A stretch of 64,000 nt of DNA from Yuukianura sp. NJ FZ-2021 (lineage: Eukaryota), in contig CM102283.1 of assembly GCA_046563655.1 (NCBI GenBank), positions 3,224,001 to 3,288,000 of the forward strand, given 5' to 3'. Positions 1-12,632 of the stretch are shown here, in pieces. The notes beneath the pieces were generated by a model. It made no database searches. It was given only the letters and a program-made list of their open reading frames with translations, and was not told the origin of the DNA. Each line of letters begins with the position of its first letter. The first letter of the stretch is position 1. A program made the translations under genes and the position numbers.

Positions 1-401
1 CTAAATCATAAAAATCAATTTAGCATTTTGCAAACTAAATACAGATTGTGCATGCTTAGTGAAAGGTCAAGTGGAGGTCACGGTTAGTTTCGAAGCAACA
101 AGTTACATGATACACTGTAGCAGAGACAGGGAGGAGTTGACATAAAGTTGTTGTTAGGAGATCCCGTATTGCACCGCACCGACCAAACAAGGATTTTATC
201 CAGAAAAGGAAGAGGGAGGGGAGGAAGAGACGACGAGACGAGGATCTTCAGTGTTTGAGTGACATTGGACAGAGGAGGTACATCTTAGCTCCAGTTGACA
301 ACAACTGTCATCGACATTTCATCATCATCCACTTGTTCGTGAGTCATCAACCGATAACCGGGCACTTATCTTATCACCACCGCGCACTTAGAAACAGGAA
401 G

Positions 402-2890
402 ATGGACACGGTGTCCAATGGGTAAGGCTTTCGTTGATCTTATTGGTTTAAAAAACGTCAGTCATTCGTTTGTGGCAACTGCTCTGCACTTCTGTGGTTA
501 ATTCTGCGGAGATTAATTGGAAAACATCCTTCCAGAACCACAATTTCTTTAGATTAGTAACGTATAACTCATGTTACTCGATTAATCAAAAACCTTTCTA
601 TTAATAAAACCATAGAAAAAATCTTGGGTGTTAAAAACGATTTGACTATGGACGGTACATGCGTGTAGGATTACTTAAATTATAACTATTTAAGTACTAT
701 GTCTTTCAGAGAATTTTCCCCAGTTAATTGACACTTCTGATTTTTTTGTTTAAGGGGCTTGGCGGCCATTACGACGGAAGTAAAAGTAAAGACGACACCT
801 AATACTGCCAAGGCAAAGCCGAAACCGAATCCAGTGTCTACCGCCGGTGCTGCCGTTAAGAAACCGGCTCCAGAGGGCGCGATGCCTAGCCCCGTTGGGC
901 CCAAATCTAAGAGAAGTGCTAAAAGAGTTGCAAGAGTGTTTTTCCGGAAAGAAATAGACCAAGATGTAAGATCGTTTACGTTTTATAATTTGGGTCGAAG
1001 TAAGGATTAACGACCGTCATTCTACCCGCACAGTGTAGCCACTCTGACCATCTTGTGTGGCTGCAATATGCAGCTACACCTAGGGGTTACATTTGTAACC
1101 GCTCTAACTTAAAAGAAACCTAGCGTAACGTGGCAACAAAAGTAGCCGTATAGTGTAGCCATCCATTATAGCCACGAAGTGGCTGCAATGACTGTCGTTA
1201 ATCCTTACCCCAACCGTAAATTCGAATTCATTCCAATGCGTGGTTGTCAACTTCTCTATGTTAATTCCGTAGGTCCTGACTGATTATATGAAGAACTTGA
1301 ATTTGTCTGATGCTGGTCCTGGTGGGGATGATGGTCCCGGTAGTCCTGGTGCTGGGCCTGTCGGTTCATTTGATGACATGAACTTGAAGCCAGAACTGCT
1401 CCAAGGAATTAAAAGTAAAAAACTTACGGAACCAGCTGAGTGTCAAAAGAATGTCATCATGCCAATGATCCAGGGACGTGACGTAATCTGTCAAGCTCAA
1501 TCTGGGAAGGGGAAGACTGCTGCCTTTGTTATTTCGATTCTACAGCGCTTGGACCCGAAAGATCCAATGTGCAAGGCTTTGGTGCTAGCTCCGACACGAG
1601 AGTTAGCTGAGCAAGTAATTAATCAATTCTTGAAGAAATCTATGTCGTTTTACTGGTGAAATGAATATAAACTCAACTCTTTTTTTTTCAGATTCTAGCA
1701 GAGTTTGAGGTCATTGGCAAGTACATGAATGTCAAATGTCTTCCTTGCATTGGAGGGAGGAAATGGTCTTACAAGAAGAATCTTCGGCATGCTGCAACTG
1801 GTAATTTCCAGATTGCTGTTGGAACTATTGGACGAATTGCTCATCTGCTGGATCCTCGTCAAGGCGAGGACGACCACGGTATCCCAAGACCAGGGGGTAT
1901 GAATGGAGATTCGATTAAGATGTTCGTGATTGACGAAGCAGATAAGATGCTAATGGAACGCTCATTTCGGAACGACTTGAAATTCGTGAGTATTGAGTTT
2001 GAACAACTTATTAGCAAAAGGTTTCATATCTAAGTGAACTCGTTTTCCAGATTCTTAAAACTATCAGTGCCACTGCACAGTTGATCGTGACTTCTGCTAC
2101 TATGCCAAGCGTGGCTTTTGATCACTGCAACGATGTCATGCGTAAACCATTTAAGTTCCTACTTCGAAATGAGCAGTTGACTCTGGATGGAATTCAGCAA
2201 TTCTACATTAAAGTTGGGAATGAAGAGGGAAAGTTGGCCACACTCAATGAATTGTATCCATATCTCAAACATGTTCCCGGCATTGTCTTCTGTAACACTC
2301 GGGACAGAGCGGAGCGTGTGGCAAAGCAAATGAAGGCTCGAGAGCATAATATCGAAGGCATCGTAAGTTAAAACTCAATTACCGCCTTACTCTTTAGCAG
2401 TTTAGTATGTTTTTTTTAAACCTTGCATTTGAACATGTTTGTGAATATAATAGACGGGAACTATGGAACAAGAGATACGGAATAATACATTCAAGAATTT
2501 CAAGGAAGAACAAATTCCAGTTTTGATTGCGTCTGATCTATTGGGTCGTGGGATTGATGTTGACCATGTCAAATGTGTTGTCAACTTTGATTTGCCAGAT
2601 ATAACTAATCCTCAACGTGTGACAGCAAAGGAGGAGTATATGCACCGGTAAGCTTGTAAAATTACTGATAACTTTACATATTTGGTAATGTTCTAACTAA
2701 ACCTGAAATATTTAGAATCGGCAGAGCTGGACGTTACGGCAAGAAAGGAGTTGCACTCTCGTTTGTAACTGATAGGGAAGTAAACATTAAAAAAATCGAG
2801 ATCCTGGAGGAGTTCTATCAAACGCAAATTCCAGAACTTCGTGCCACCATTGGAGACTTGATGAATGGGCTCAAATCTACCCAGAAGTAG
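402..2890 (+). CDS. Divergent eIF4A-like DEAD-box RNA helicase, copy 1 (exons 402-421, 755-965, 1273-1614, 1692-1985, 2051-2362, 2454-2647, 2716-2890)
   Basis: Phase-consistent GT-AG exons give [44 protein letters not shown] and HRIGRAGRYG. The first two exons are less certain. Confidence 0.88.
1003..1206. mobile_element. MITE of about 200 bp in a helicase intron
   Basis: TIRs aggattaacgaccgtcatt / aatgactgtcgttaatcct, flanked by TA, with internal gtagccac/gtggct repeats. A related copy lies at 38357-39156. Confidence 0.7.
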
Positions 2891-3597
2891 TGTTGAAATG
2901 ATTCAGATTCAACTCCAGCTAATCTACCATGTTGCAGTTAATTACAATCGCAAACTTCGTCAGAAGTTATATCCAGGTTATGTGCCTCTTCTACGGTAAA
3001 TTGCCGTAGGAAATTATAACTGTGGTTATAATTATAGGAATTATAATTTATGATTAAAATTATGGGAATTATAATTATGAGCTTATGTTTCTACAAATTG
3101 TACTTTACAATTTACAAATTATCAACTTAATTAAGCAAGGGAGATTCAGAAGTGCCTTGTCGTTTCCTTCTCAGTCCCACCTTATTCTTGTCATTAATTA
3201 AATTAAAGAATGGCATGATTAATTTGTGTAATTGACTTTAAACTAATTACAATTGCCAATTCCTTGACCTAGGTCATTTCAACTTTAATTTGAGTAGTTG
3301 TGTTGCCCATATCTGCAGACGTAGGTGCACATTGTGTGTGTTGGAGCTTTTTGGCTAACCGATTTGCGCATGCGTGTAAGAAATGCAATCAGACGCTCAA
3401 AAGAGAACAAAAGAAAAAAGTGATGACGAGACGGGAGGGAGATGGATATTTGTTTCGATCTTTCATTCTTCCATCAGACATCTGACGGAGAGGACTGGTT
3501 TTGAATCGTCCAGAATTCGAATTTCTTCATCGATAAGCCACTGTCAATTACTAATTACTGATTAGTAGATTGTTTTCAGTTGAATTCACGACCTGAC

Positions 3598-6024
3598 ATG
3601 GACTGGAGAAACGCCAACCCGGAGGCGGACAGAGAAAAGGATGAGGAGATGGAGGATCTCATCAAAACTATCGTTGACGACGAAGTGGACGACAAGGAGA
3701 CGTCGATGGACATGTCAGTATTGTAACTATAAGTAATAACGTATAATCATAGAGTTTTAGTGCATTTATGGTTTATGTTTTAGACGGGACGATGATGAGC
3801 CGGAGAACAACGCAATGAGTGAGAGCAACGATGAGGGAGACGAAGTCGATCCTGAAGTGGTTGAGAAAATGTCGGAGCTCTTGTCCCATTTTGGGTCGAA
3901 GTCGAGCACTGAAGCTTCGGATTCGGATTCAAGCGAATCTAATACCGTAGTTGACCCGAATGAAGTTCAAGACGTCTACAGGTAATTGACTTATTAGTTA
4001 GATAAAGCACGGCAGTTACGTGTTTCAAGTAAATACGTAATAAGAACGTTACAGCTGACTGTCTTTTGTACGTTTTTCAGCTCATCAGAAGAGGAGAACG
4101 ACGGGGAAACGGATGTTGTTGAAATAGATAACACCAATGCCTCAGATGGAACGGACATCACTACTGATAATACTGGCAACACGACCGATGTCACTGTTCA
4201 GAAGAGTGAGACACCGAAACCAAGGTTTGACCGTACTAATAACGTTTGTTTGTGATTAACAAGCTAATTAGTTGAACCATACTTGCAAGTAGTTTGTTTT
4301 TGTTTACTAGTACGAGTACCAAGGTTCCAGTTGTAACGACCGCTCCGAGACCTCTCATGGCAATCCGGCGTAACTGGGGGCTATTTCCGTGGGAACGAGA
4401 AAACTTCACGAAGTTTACCAGGAAGAAGTTAGATGAGGTATTTACTTAACTTTTTGTGACAAAATTGAGTTCATGATTCTAATAATGATGTGGATTATTT
4501 AGGCCGGAAAGGCTTACCGGAAGACTATACCATCATCACGCATTCCAATCCCGATCGTCGAAAGTTTCGAAGGAATGAACTTGAAACCGGAGATACTTCG
4601 TGGAATAGCAGATCGTCAGCTGACTACTCCTGCAACCTGGCAAGAGCATGTCATCATGCCAATGATTTTGGGCCGTGACGTCATTTGTCAAGCTCAGTCT
4701 GGATTGGGCAAGACAGTTGCCTTTACTTTGCCAATTCTTCAACGCATGGACGTCAACGACCCAAATGGAAAGGCTCTCATCTTGGCTCCAACTCGAGAGT
4801 TGGCTCAGCAGGTAACATTAGTAGATTAATTAGTTAATCAACTTGATTAATTGAATAATTTGATTGATTATTCGACTTGATTCACTTATTAACCTAACTT
4901 GCAGATTCTGCGTGAAGTCAGAATCCTCGGAAAGCACTTGGGAGTCAAGTGTGTTGCATGTATTGGCAGCGTTTCAGCGATGGACGTGAACAAAATCCGC
5001 CTTGAGCAGCCGTACAACATCATCGTTGGAACTGTCGGTAGAGTTTGGAAACTGATGCGAAACCGTGACATACTTGGAAGTACTATCAAAACAGTTGTGA
5101 TTGACGAGGCCGATAAAATGCTAACTGAGAGATCGTTCATCTGGAAGTTGCAATGGGTATGCTAGTTTGAAAAACATTGAAAATGTTACGATCAGCTGAC
5201 TTTGGTTTTTATAGATGTTCGAGAGGATCTCTGCCACTGCCCAGTTCATCGCAGCGTCAGCCACGATTCCTGACGATGCTCTCGAGCGCTGCAAACAACT
5301 AATGTACGATCCATTTGAACTCTTGGTAGACAAGGAATTGCTGACGCTGGACGGAATTTCACAATTTTACGTCCGAGTTAAGCCGGGAGAGTCAAAGCTC
5401 GATTTGCTAGAGAAATGGATTCCGCATATCCAGAGCGTCCAGGGCCTCACGTTCTGTAATCGACGTGATACTGCTGAAGTGGTCGCCAACACTCTGCGTT
5501 CTCGTGGACACAAGGCTGAATTGTTGGTAAGTCCAAAGACACTATGAACAGAACAGTAAACTTTGAAAAGTTTTTTTTAGAACATTGACTAACTTTTTGT
5601 TACTTCAGATCGGATCAATGGAACAGCAGAAACGGGTGAAGCAGTTAGGCGACTTCGCTGCCCGGGAAATTCCAACTCTAATCACGTCAGACCTCATTGG
5701 CAGAGGAATTGACGACGAGCACGTCAAGCTGGTCGTCAACTACGACATTCCCACGCACGACAGACAAATTTACATCCATCGGTAACCATCACTAATACTA
5801 AAATGTTCACCTAAAGTATAAGTTTTTGATTAATTGATTTTTAACAATTCATGTTTTTGTGTAGCATTGGGAGAGCAGGGCGCCAGGGAAACAAGGGAGT
5901 GGCCATCACGCTCATTGCCAATGATAGAGAGTTCGAGGGCATGCGACTGCTTGAGGTTTACTACCAAATGAAAATTACGGAGCTTAAAGACGACATCCAG
6001 GAAGTACTGAAGCTCGTCCAGTGA
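3598..6024 (+). CDS. Divergent eIF4A-like DEAD-box helicase, copy 2, with long acidic N-terminus (exons approx 3598-3717, 3784-3981, 4081-4224, 4311-4437, 4503-4811, 4905-5156, 5215-5526, 5609-5781, 5865-6024)
   Basis: [29 protein letters not shown] and [10 protein letters not shown] motifs. Core intron positions match copy 1. Confidence 0.85.
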
Positions 6025-6180
6025 GTACTGCCAACATGTACTGCCAAGTATCCAACCAAAACAACTAACTTTAGTTCTCTTTCTCAGCTCTTTATCATGT
6101 CAGGTTTCAATTGTTTACAAAATCAAAGTTAGGTTGCACTAGTTACGTATTTTAGGTTATATTCTTTCTTAGAAAAGCAA

Positions 6181-6337
6181 GGGTACCAGAATGGGTACCT
6201 GAGAGAGAAGGATATTCTTGGGGGTACCTTAGAAAGTAAAGGTATCTGAAGGTGTACCTCGGAAATGTATGGGTATCCGAAGGGGTACCTTAGAACGGCA
6301 GGGGTATCTGAAACGGTACCTTAGAAATGTAAGGGTA
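6181..6337. repeat. Degenerate GGTACC/GGTATC minisatellite, continuing at 7435-7452
   Basis: Repeated gggtacc..gaa units, interrupted by the foldback element. Confidence 0.6.
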
Positions 6338-7434
6338 CCGCCTGCTCACCTGCCAACTTTAAAAACTTTTTTTCCCTCCCTCCCCTCCCACCCCCAATTC
6401 TGATTTTAGCCAAGCGGCAGCTACGCTCCGCGAGACTACTGGCACTTTTCGAGCTCCGTCGCCAAATTCGACTTTTCTAACCTAAACTAAAGTAAATTCA
6501 ATTCAAACCAATGTAATAATTAACCCACTATAATTAATTAATGTTTAAATTAACCTAACATAGTTAATTAGTGTAATAACTTATCCTAAAATAAATTTAA
6601 TTATAAATTATTATGAATTGACCTAAAATTAAAACAAACTAACCTTTTTTGAACTAATTTTGAACTTTTTTTTTTTAATTTTGAACTTTTCCCAAAATTT
6701 TGAACTTTTTTCAAAAATTTTAACTTTTCCCAAAATTTTGAACTTTTTTAAAAATTTTGAACTTTTTCCAAAATTTTGAACTTTTTCAAAATTTTGAACT
6801 TTTTCAAAATTTTGAACTTTTCCCAAAATTTTGAACTTTTCCCAAAATTTTGAACTTTTTTCAAAATTTTGAAAAAAAAAGTTCAAAACTTTGAAAAAGT
6901 TCAAAACTTTTGAAAAAAGTTAAAAATTTTGAAAAAAAGTTCAAAATTTTCGGAAGAGTTAAAAACTTTGAAAAAGTTCAAAACTTTTGAAAAAGTTCAA
7001 AATTTTGGGAAGAGTTCAAAATTTTGAAAAAGTTCAAAATTTTGGGAAAAGTTCAAAATTTTGGGAAAAGTTCAAAACTTTGAAAAAGTTCAAAACTTTT
7101 GAAAAAATTCAAAATTAGTTCAAAAAAGGTTAGTTTGTTCTAATTTTAGGTCAATTCATAATAATTTATAATTAAATTTACTTTAGGATAAGTAATTACG
7201 CTAATTAACTAGGTTAGGTTAATTTAAACATTAATTAATTATAGTGGGTTAATTATTACATTGGTTTGAATTGAATTTACTTTAGTTTAGGTTAGAAAAG
7301 TCGAATTTGGCGACGGAGCTCGAAAAGTGTCAGTAGTCTCGCGGAGCGTAGCTGCCGCTTGGCTAAAATCAGAATTGGGGGTGGGAGGGGAGGGAGGGAA
7401 AAAAAGTTTTTAAAGTTGGCAGTTGAGCAGGCGG
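6338..7434. mobile_element. Foldback (near-fully palindromic) non-autonomous DNA transposon, about 1.1 kb
   Basis: Arms of about 320 bp are near-perfect inverted repeats (ccgcctgctcacctgccaac ... gttggcagttgagcaggcgg). The internal tandem aaaattttgaactttt array flips orientation near 6870. TA on both flanks. Confidence 0.9.
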
Positions 7435-7850
7435 TACCTGAAGGGATACCTCCAAAACACTTTGTTATGTTTATGTTAGGTGTTCCTAGTTTTTAGGAAG
7501 GAAAGGCTGGATTAAATGTTTCATAAGGTAAAATTCATTTATTTAGTTGAGTTGTGGGGAAATAATTAAACGTTTAAGTTTTTACCTTAAATAAATTAGA
7601 TAAAACAAATAATTAGTAATTAATAGATGAATTATTATTAAACTGTTTTAGGAGTTGGAGATTCCAATTGGCAATTTTTTTTTAATAATTTGGAATTTTC
7701 GAAGAATAGACTTCATAGCGACAAGAAGTTAATTTGTTGATGCAGTAAAAACATAATCATGGTGACAAAAACTTTGATTTTGAAAAATTTAAGTTTTTTG
7801 AATAGTTTTTAACTGAAAATGCTTCTTTTAGATGAAGCCTCAAAAGCAGT

Positions 7851-8717
7851 ATGTTCTACGCCTTTAACCTTCTCTTATTGTGCACCGTGACGTTGACCTT
7901 AGCCAATCACTACACGGAAACTCAGCCCAGAAGTGATTGGTTCCAGCGATTGCTTCTGCGCAGCACAGCGAAGAAAACTGTCAAGCGATCAATCGCTGCT
8001 GCCCAACAGCAGCGTCAGCATCACATCCAATCAGTAATGGATGAACCTGTTATACAAGACATTCCAAAGCAGCCATCACTTTTGACAGCTGTAGCTCCGC
8101 CCCCTTCCGAAATTGGCGCCATTTCAAAATTCTATTTTGAACATAACCAACCCAACTCAGACTACGGTGATGCTGGAAAACTTGAAGTTAACGTCATTCC
8201 GGTGCTGCCAGTACATCACAGTACCGATGTTGCCAGTATCCCAGTGCACCAACATACGGATGCTGCCAGTATGCCAGTACACCAGCATTCTAAAGGACAT
8301 TTCCAGCATCTTCCAGAGCAGCATCACAAAGGACATTTCCAGCGTGAAGAACAGAATTTTTTGAAGTCGCTGAAGAGTCAGAAAGAAGATGCTCGCATTG
8401 ATGTAAAAAAAACGTGAAATTTTTAATGCTAAAATTTTGAAATTGAGCAAATTTTGAAAACTTTTTTTTGAAAGTTGCTGTATTACGACACTGGCATGAC
8501 TGTGGACCAGCCAGAGGCGGAGCAATTGACTGGACCTGACACTAGCGGGAGTTTTAACCTAGACAACGAAAGTGGTGGAGATGACAGTGGCATTGTTCCT
8601 CCAGATGACTACAGCTGCGCGGGAAAATCATTTGAAAACATCCACTTCTGCGTAGTTTTCTGCACACAAATTTTGATTTTGTTGGTCGTTTGTAGAAGTT
8701 TGTACCAATTTTCTTAA
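7851..8717 (+). CDS. Putative secreted protein of unknown function (main exon 7851-8412, next exon from 8475; 3' end uncertain)
   Basis: Signal-peptide-like MFYAFNLLLLCTVTLTLA, dibasic KR site, internal repeats PVHQHTDAAS and KGHFQ. Confidence 0.5.
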
Positions 8718-8768
8718 ATTCTTGTGTCCAGCAAGTATACGACTGTCCAGTTTTCTTAAATTTCTGCT

Positions 8769-11700
8769 TCACTTGAGTCTACGACTGCGCAGTATCTTTG
8801 GTTTTTGAATACTGCGAAGTGGTTTGGTTTTGTTTTGAAAAATTTGGCGGGGCAAAATGACTCCATCGACTTCTGACTGAATTTGAATGCATTCCCGCTG
8901 TTCAAAGTAGTACGGAGTGACGATACGACACAAAATTCGTTTTCGACAGGCCGTGTCACAGTCTGCTTTCAATGAAATTTCACTTGCCTTGTAATAGTTT
9001 CTGAAAATGAAACAAAAAGTTGCTTAAAACTCAGAAAGTTTTTCAAGTTTGAAAAACTTTGTCTAAAATGTTCAAAAAGTTTTGAAAAAAAAGTACGGTT
9101 ATGCATATATTTTTGAATGTTTTACCTGTAGTATTTTTTGAACGTGGCTTCGTCAGCTGACATGCGATGAACGAAGTTGTCCAGGGATGCTGGCAGCACA
9201 TTTGGAATGTCGTAGGCCTCAGTAGCTTTGTAGAGTCGAAACCAAGATGGCGCCTGTGCGGGGTTGGCATTGGCTTGTCGTAAGTCGTAGATCCAAGTTT
9301 CGTGGTCAATGACTCCAGAAGTGGCTATGTCCACTTGGTACACTTTGTATCCTGGTCGGAGTAGGATATAATATATTATATAAATTCGTATATTTATATA
9401 TATTAATATTATATTCTGGATTACCAGGATTCAAGTTGACAAATGGAGTAAGAGACGCCCCGATCCAAATGGGACTGATTGGTTTGCTTTTTTCTTGGGA
9501 ATGGTAGTGGATTTGGAATTCGTCGTAGTGCGTATGCGCGTAGAATTGAGAGGTGACTGTTCCACTGAATCTGTTGATGATGTGGTAGAAGTTTCTGGAC
9601 CAACTGGACCAGCAATCGTCGAGACTTGGCGGTAAGTGACCTAGGATGTGAACTTTGACCTCTTGAACTTCAGCGTCGCGCAGTTCTTGAACTAGCCAGC
9701 GAAGTTGACCTCCGGGGTCACGGTGTTCATAAACTTGCCAACTGCAAAGCACAAGTTGCATGGTCATTATGTCGTCAATGTGGTTATGTAATCATGTAAT
9801 GTAGTTATGCTTACAAGTTGAGAGTGTAGCAAACGTTAGTGTTGAGCACAATGACCTTGAAGTTGGAACTTATTTGAACAGCATAAAACCCGCCGTGGAG
9901 GAAAGTGTGATAAGCGGAACGTGGAATCCAGTCTTGCCATTCTCGCAGTGTTAAACTATAGATGTAGTCTGTCGAAAATTCATCCGGAGTTCCAGGAGGG
10001 CTGAATCTGAAAATTTTCAAAAATTTTATAAAAAGTATTGAAATTATAATTTTTAAAATTTTGAATTTTGAAACTTACAAATTGAGTGGATGAACGTCAT
10101 GGTTTCCTAGAACAGGCAGAATTCTTGTATTCGGAAAGTACTGTCGGATGAGATCGGAAGCTGCGTGGATTACTTCAGCATTCTCCTTGGCCGATGTGCT
10201 CCAAACATTGTGTGCTACCATGTCACCAGTCATGTAAATCAGTTCTATATCCTACCATTAATTAAAGTTTGATTAATCTGTGATTAATTGATTAATCATT
10301 GGTGGTACAGAGAAGTGCTGTTTTACTGGATGCTGGACAGAAATGTGCTGGAGAGCATTGTCAAGAGAGTGCAATGGTAAGTCACATTTTCTGTAGTCTC
10401 CGTAGTGTCCAGCAGCATCTTGACCTTTGACCTGTCCATCACTAGCACGACAGCACAGTTCAGTAGCACAAGCAGCGTTGGCTCCTGGTTTATATTCAAG
10501 GTCAAGATGAATGTCAGTCAGTTGCAGAATTTTCATTGTGCTCTGAAAATTAAAAAAACCAAAATTCGAAAAAAAGGTAACATTAGTTAAGAAATTTTGA
10601 ATTTTTTTCAGTCTATAAATACCGACGTAGCTCCACGTCCAGGATTATCGTCGTCGAAAATGATTGAGTTTGAACCAGCAGTTTTTGGAGAAGGAGGCCG
10701 TCGTTGCGGCAGGTCATTGAACCCGGACAGGTCAACATTCCAGTCAGTTAAGTAAGACGCTTTGGAACATCCGAAAGGCTGCAAAACCATTCCGCAGAAC
10801 ATGTTGGCAGAAATGTCAAGTCGGGATGTCAGGATGAAGTACATTGTTGGTCCAAATCGATTGACGAGTCCAGTACAAACTTCTTCAGTGGCGATATTGA
10901 AAAACTTGCAAATAAAAATTGCTTTCGGTGTGAGATCTTCCAAGGTTGCTTTCGTTCTAGCCTGGAATTTCAAAAAAAAATCAATACAAAACGTTTTTAA
11001 TGAAATAACCGCATGCTACGCGCGATTTAGGGACTTCCCGCCCAAGGCGAGTTCGTTCAGTCATACTAATTTTTTAGCCTGATGAATATTTTTTTTTTCA
11101 AAAAGTAATACCTTAGAAAGTTGGAAGGAGTGATGGTGTTTTGAGAAAAACAATATTTTGGAAAATTTCAATTTGTCATAAATGAGGAAGTTACACTTTA
11201 GTGAATTTCTCAGCCTATTTGTCACTTTTTCCAATTGCCTCCTGGAGAAAGTTAGATGGTGTCATGGTCGTTGAAAAAACCATATTTTGGAAATTTTCAA
11301 TTTGTCTTAAATAGTTCATGATGTTACACAAATTTAACTATTTTCCAACGCCCGATGAGGAATTCATGTTGCAGAGAGTTTAAAAAATTTAGAAAAAAAA
11401 ATCCAGAGTAAGCAAATCAATTAATTAGTAACTATGAAATTCCGGAATTAACTCTCGGATATAACTTCTCATTAGTATATAGAAAATTATTCCCGTTTAT
11501 AATTATATTATTATGATAAACGTACCTGGAGCAGCAAGTAGCCAAGTCCCACTCGACAGGCATGACAAACAGCAAAGGATCCAACTGATTTTGATCCCCA
11601 CTGGAACAGTTGACGAAGTGGCCCGATGTCCGGCAGAAACGAGAAATTCGGAGTCGGGATAAGGTGAAGTGTTCCATCCGGACTGTAAGATGGTCGTCGT

Positions 11701-12167
11701 TGAGTCATGAACACTGTCATGGAGTCGTTGAGTTGTCGTATCTCCAAGTCCAGCATTTCATCTGATTCCAGCACATCGTGGTCCAGGTTCTCTTCAAACG
11801 GTGCGTTGACCACCACGGTGTCCAGGCCAATGTCGCCAGAGAATTTAAACGGCCTTGACCTTATTGAGTCAAAGTGTCCAGATAACCGTCGTCGCTGAGA
11901 TCGAACTGGTGGAAACAGCGATGACGTGTCAACTGCAGGGCTTGAATTTTGAACTGCTGCATTTGCGGTGTCTTTTCGCCACTGCCATCTTGTCCGAGAA
12001 GTTTCAGTACCACGACAGTCAAAACCTGTTTCAAAAGAAAACAAAAAGTTAGAAACTTCAAAATTTCGTAAACTATAAAATGAAATGGTAGTGTGACGCT
12101 TACGTGTGATGAACAGAATATAACTAATTAGGAATGGAACTAACCAATTACGAGCATAAATTCTCAT
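8769..12167 (-). CDS. SMPD1: Acid sphingomyelinase-like phosphodiesterase (saposin-B plus metallophosphoesterase), about 9 exons
   Basis: Saposin cysteines (CHAC..., ICKFF...EVCTG, FCG), LTDIHLD, GDYRKCD, TGDMVAH, LGNHD, LGHLPP, FYAHTHYD, NLNPG, and a Cys-rich tail. Confidence 0.9.
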
Positions 12168-12632
12168 ATTTGCTTAAGTAGTTGCACTAAAAACCAATTA
12201 CAAAAAAAAACTAAACTTATATGTGCAAATGATATTGAAATGGGAAAAAAATTCGTTATTTTTTTTTGGCAACATTGCAAAAGCTTACACTGCATCACGT
12301 AGCGGTTGACCTTTGTGTTTTATTGAGAACTGAAAGGTCAACATCTTTTTTGTTAAAATAATCCAAGCGACACCTTGTAACAAGTTAATCATTAGTCGGA
12401 AAAATCTGAATTCATTGCACTTTTATGCCAAAAAACAGAAATTATAAATGATAATCCAAGGTTGAATCTAACAAACGACCTTGACCTAAATCATCTCTGC
12501 ATAATCGCGTCCTCAATCTTACCGTTAACATAAATTCTATCTGTACCGGCCTATCTATTGGTACCCCTTGTACTAAAAAAGCGGTACGGCAAAATTTCGA
12601 AATTTCGAAAAACTTTCTGAAATGCTTCCGTT

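Noticed and set aside
6629-6904. 91-aa ORF with FEKVQN repeats
   Set aside because: It is a translation of the tandem array inside the foldback element.
6660-7110. CRISPR-like repeat array
   Set aside because: The repeats are contiguous with no unique spacers, there are no cas genes, and the context is eukaryotic.
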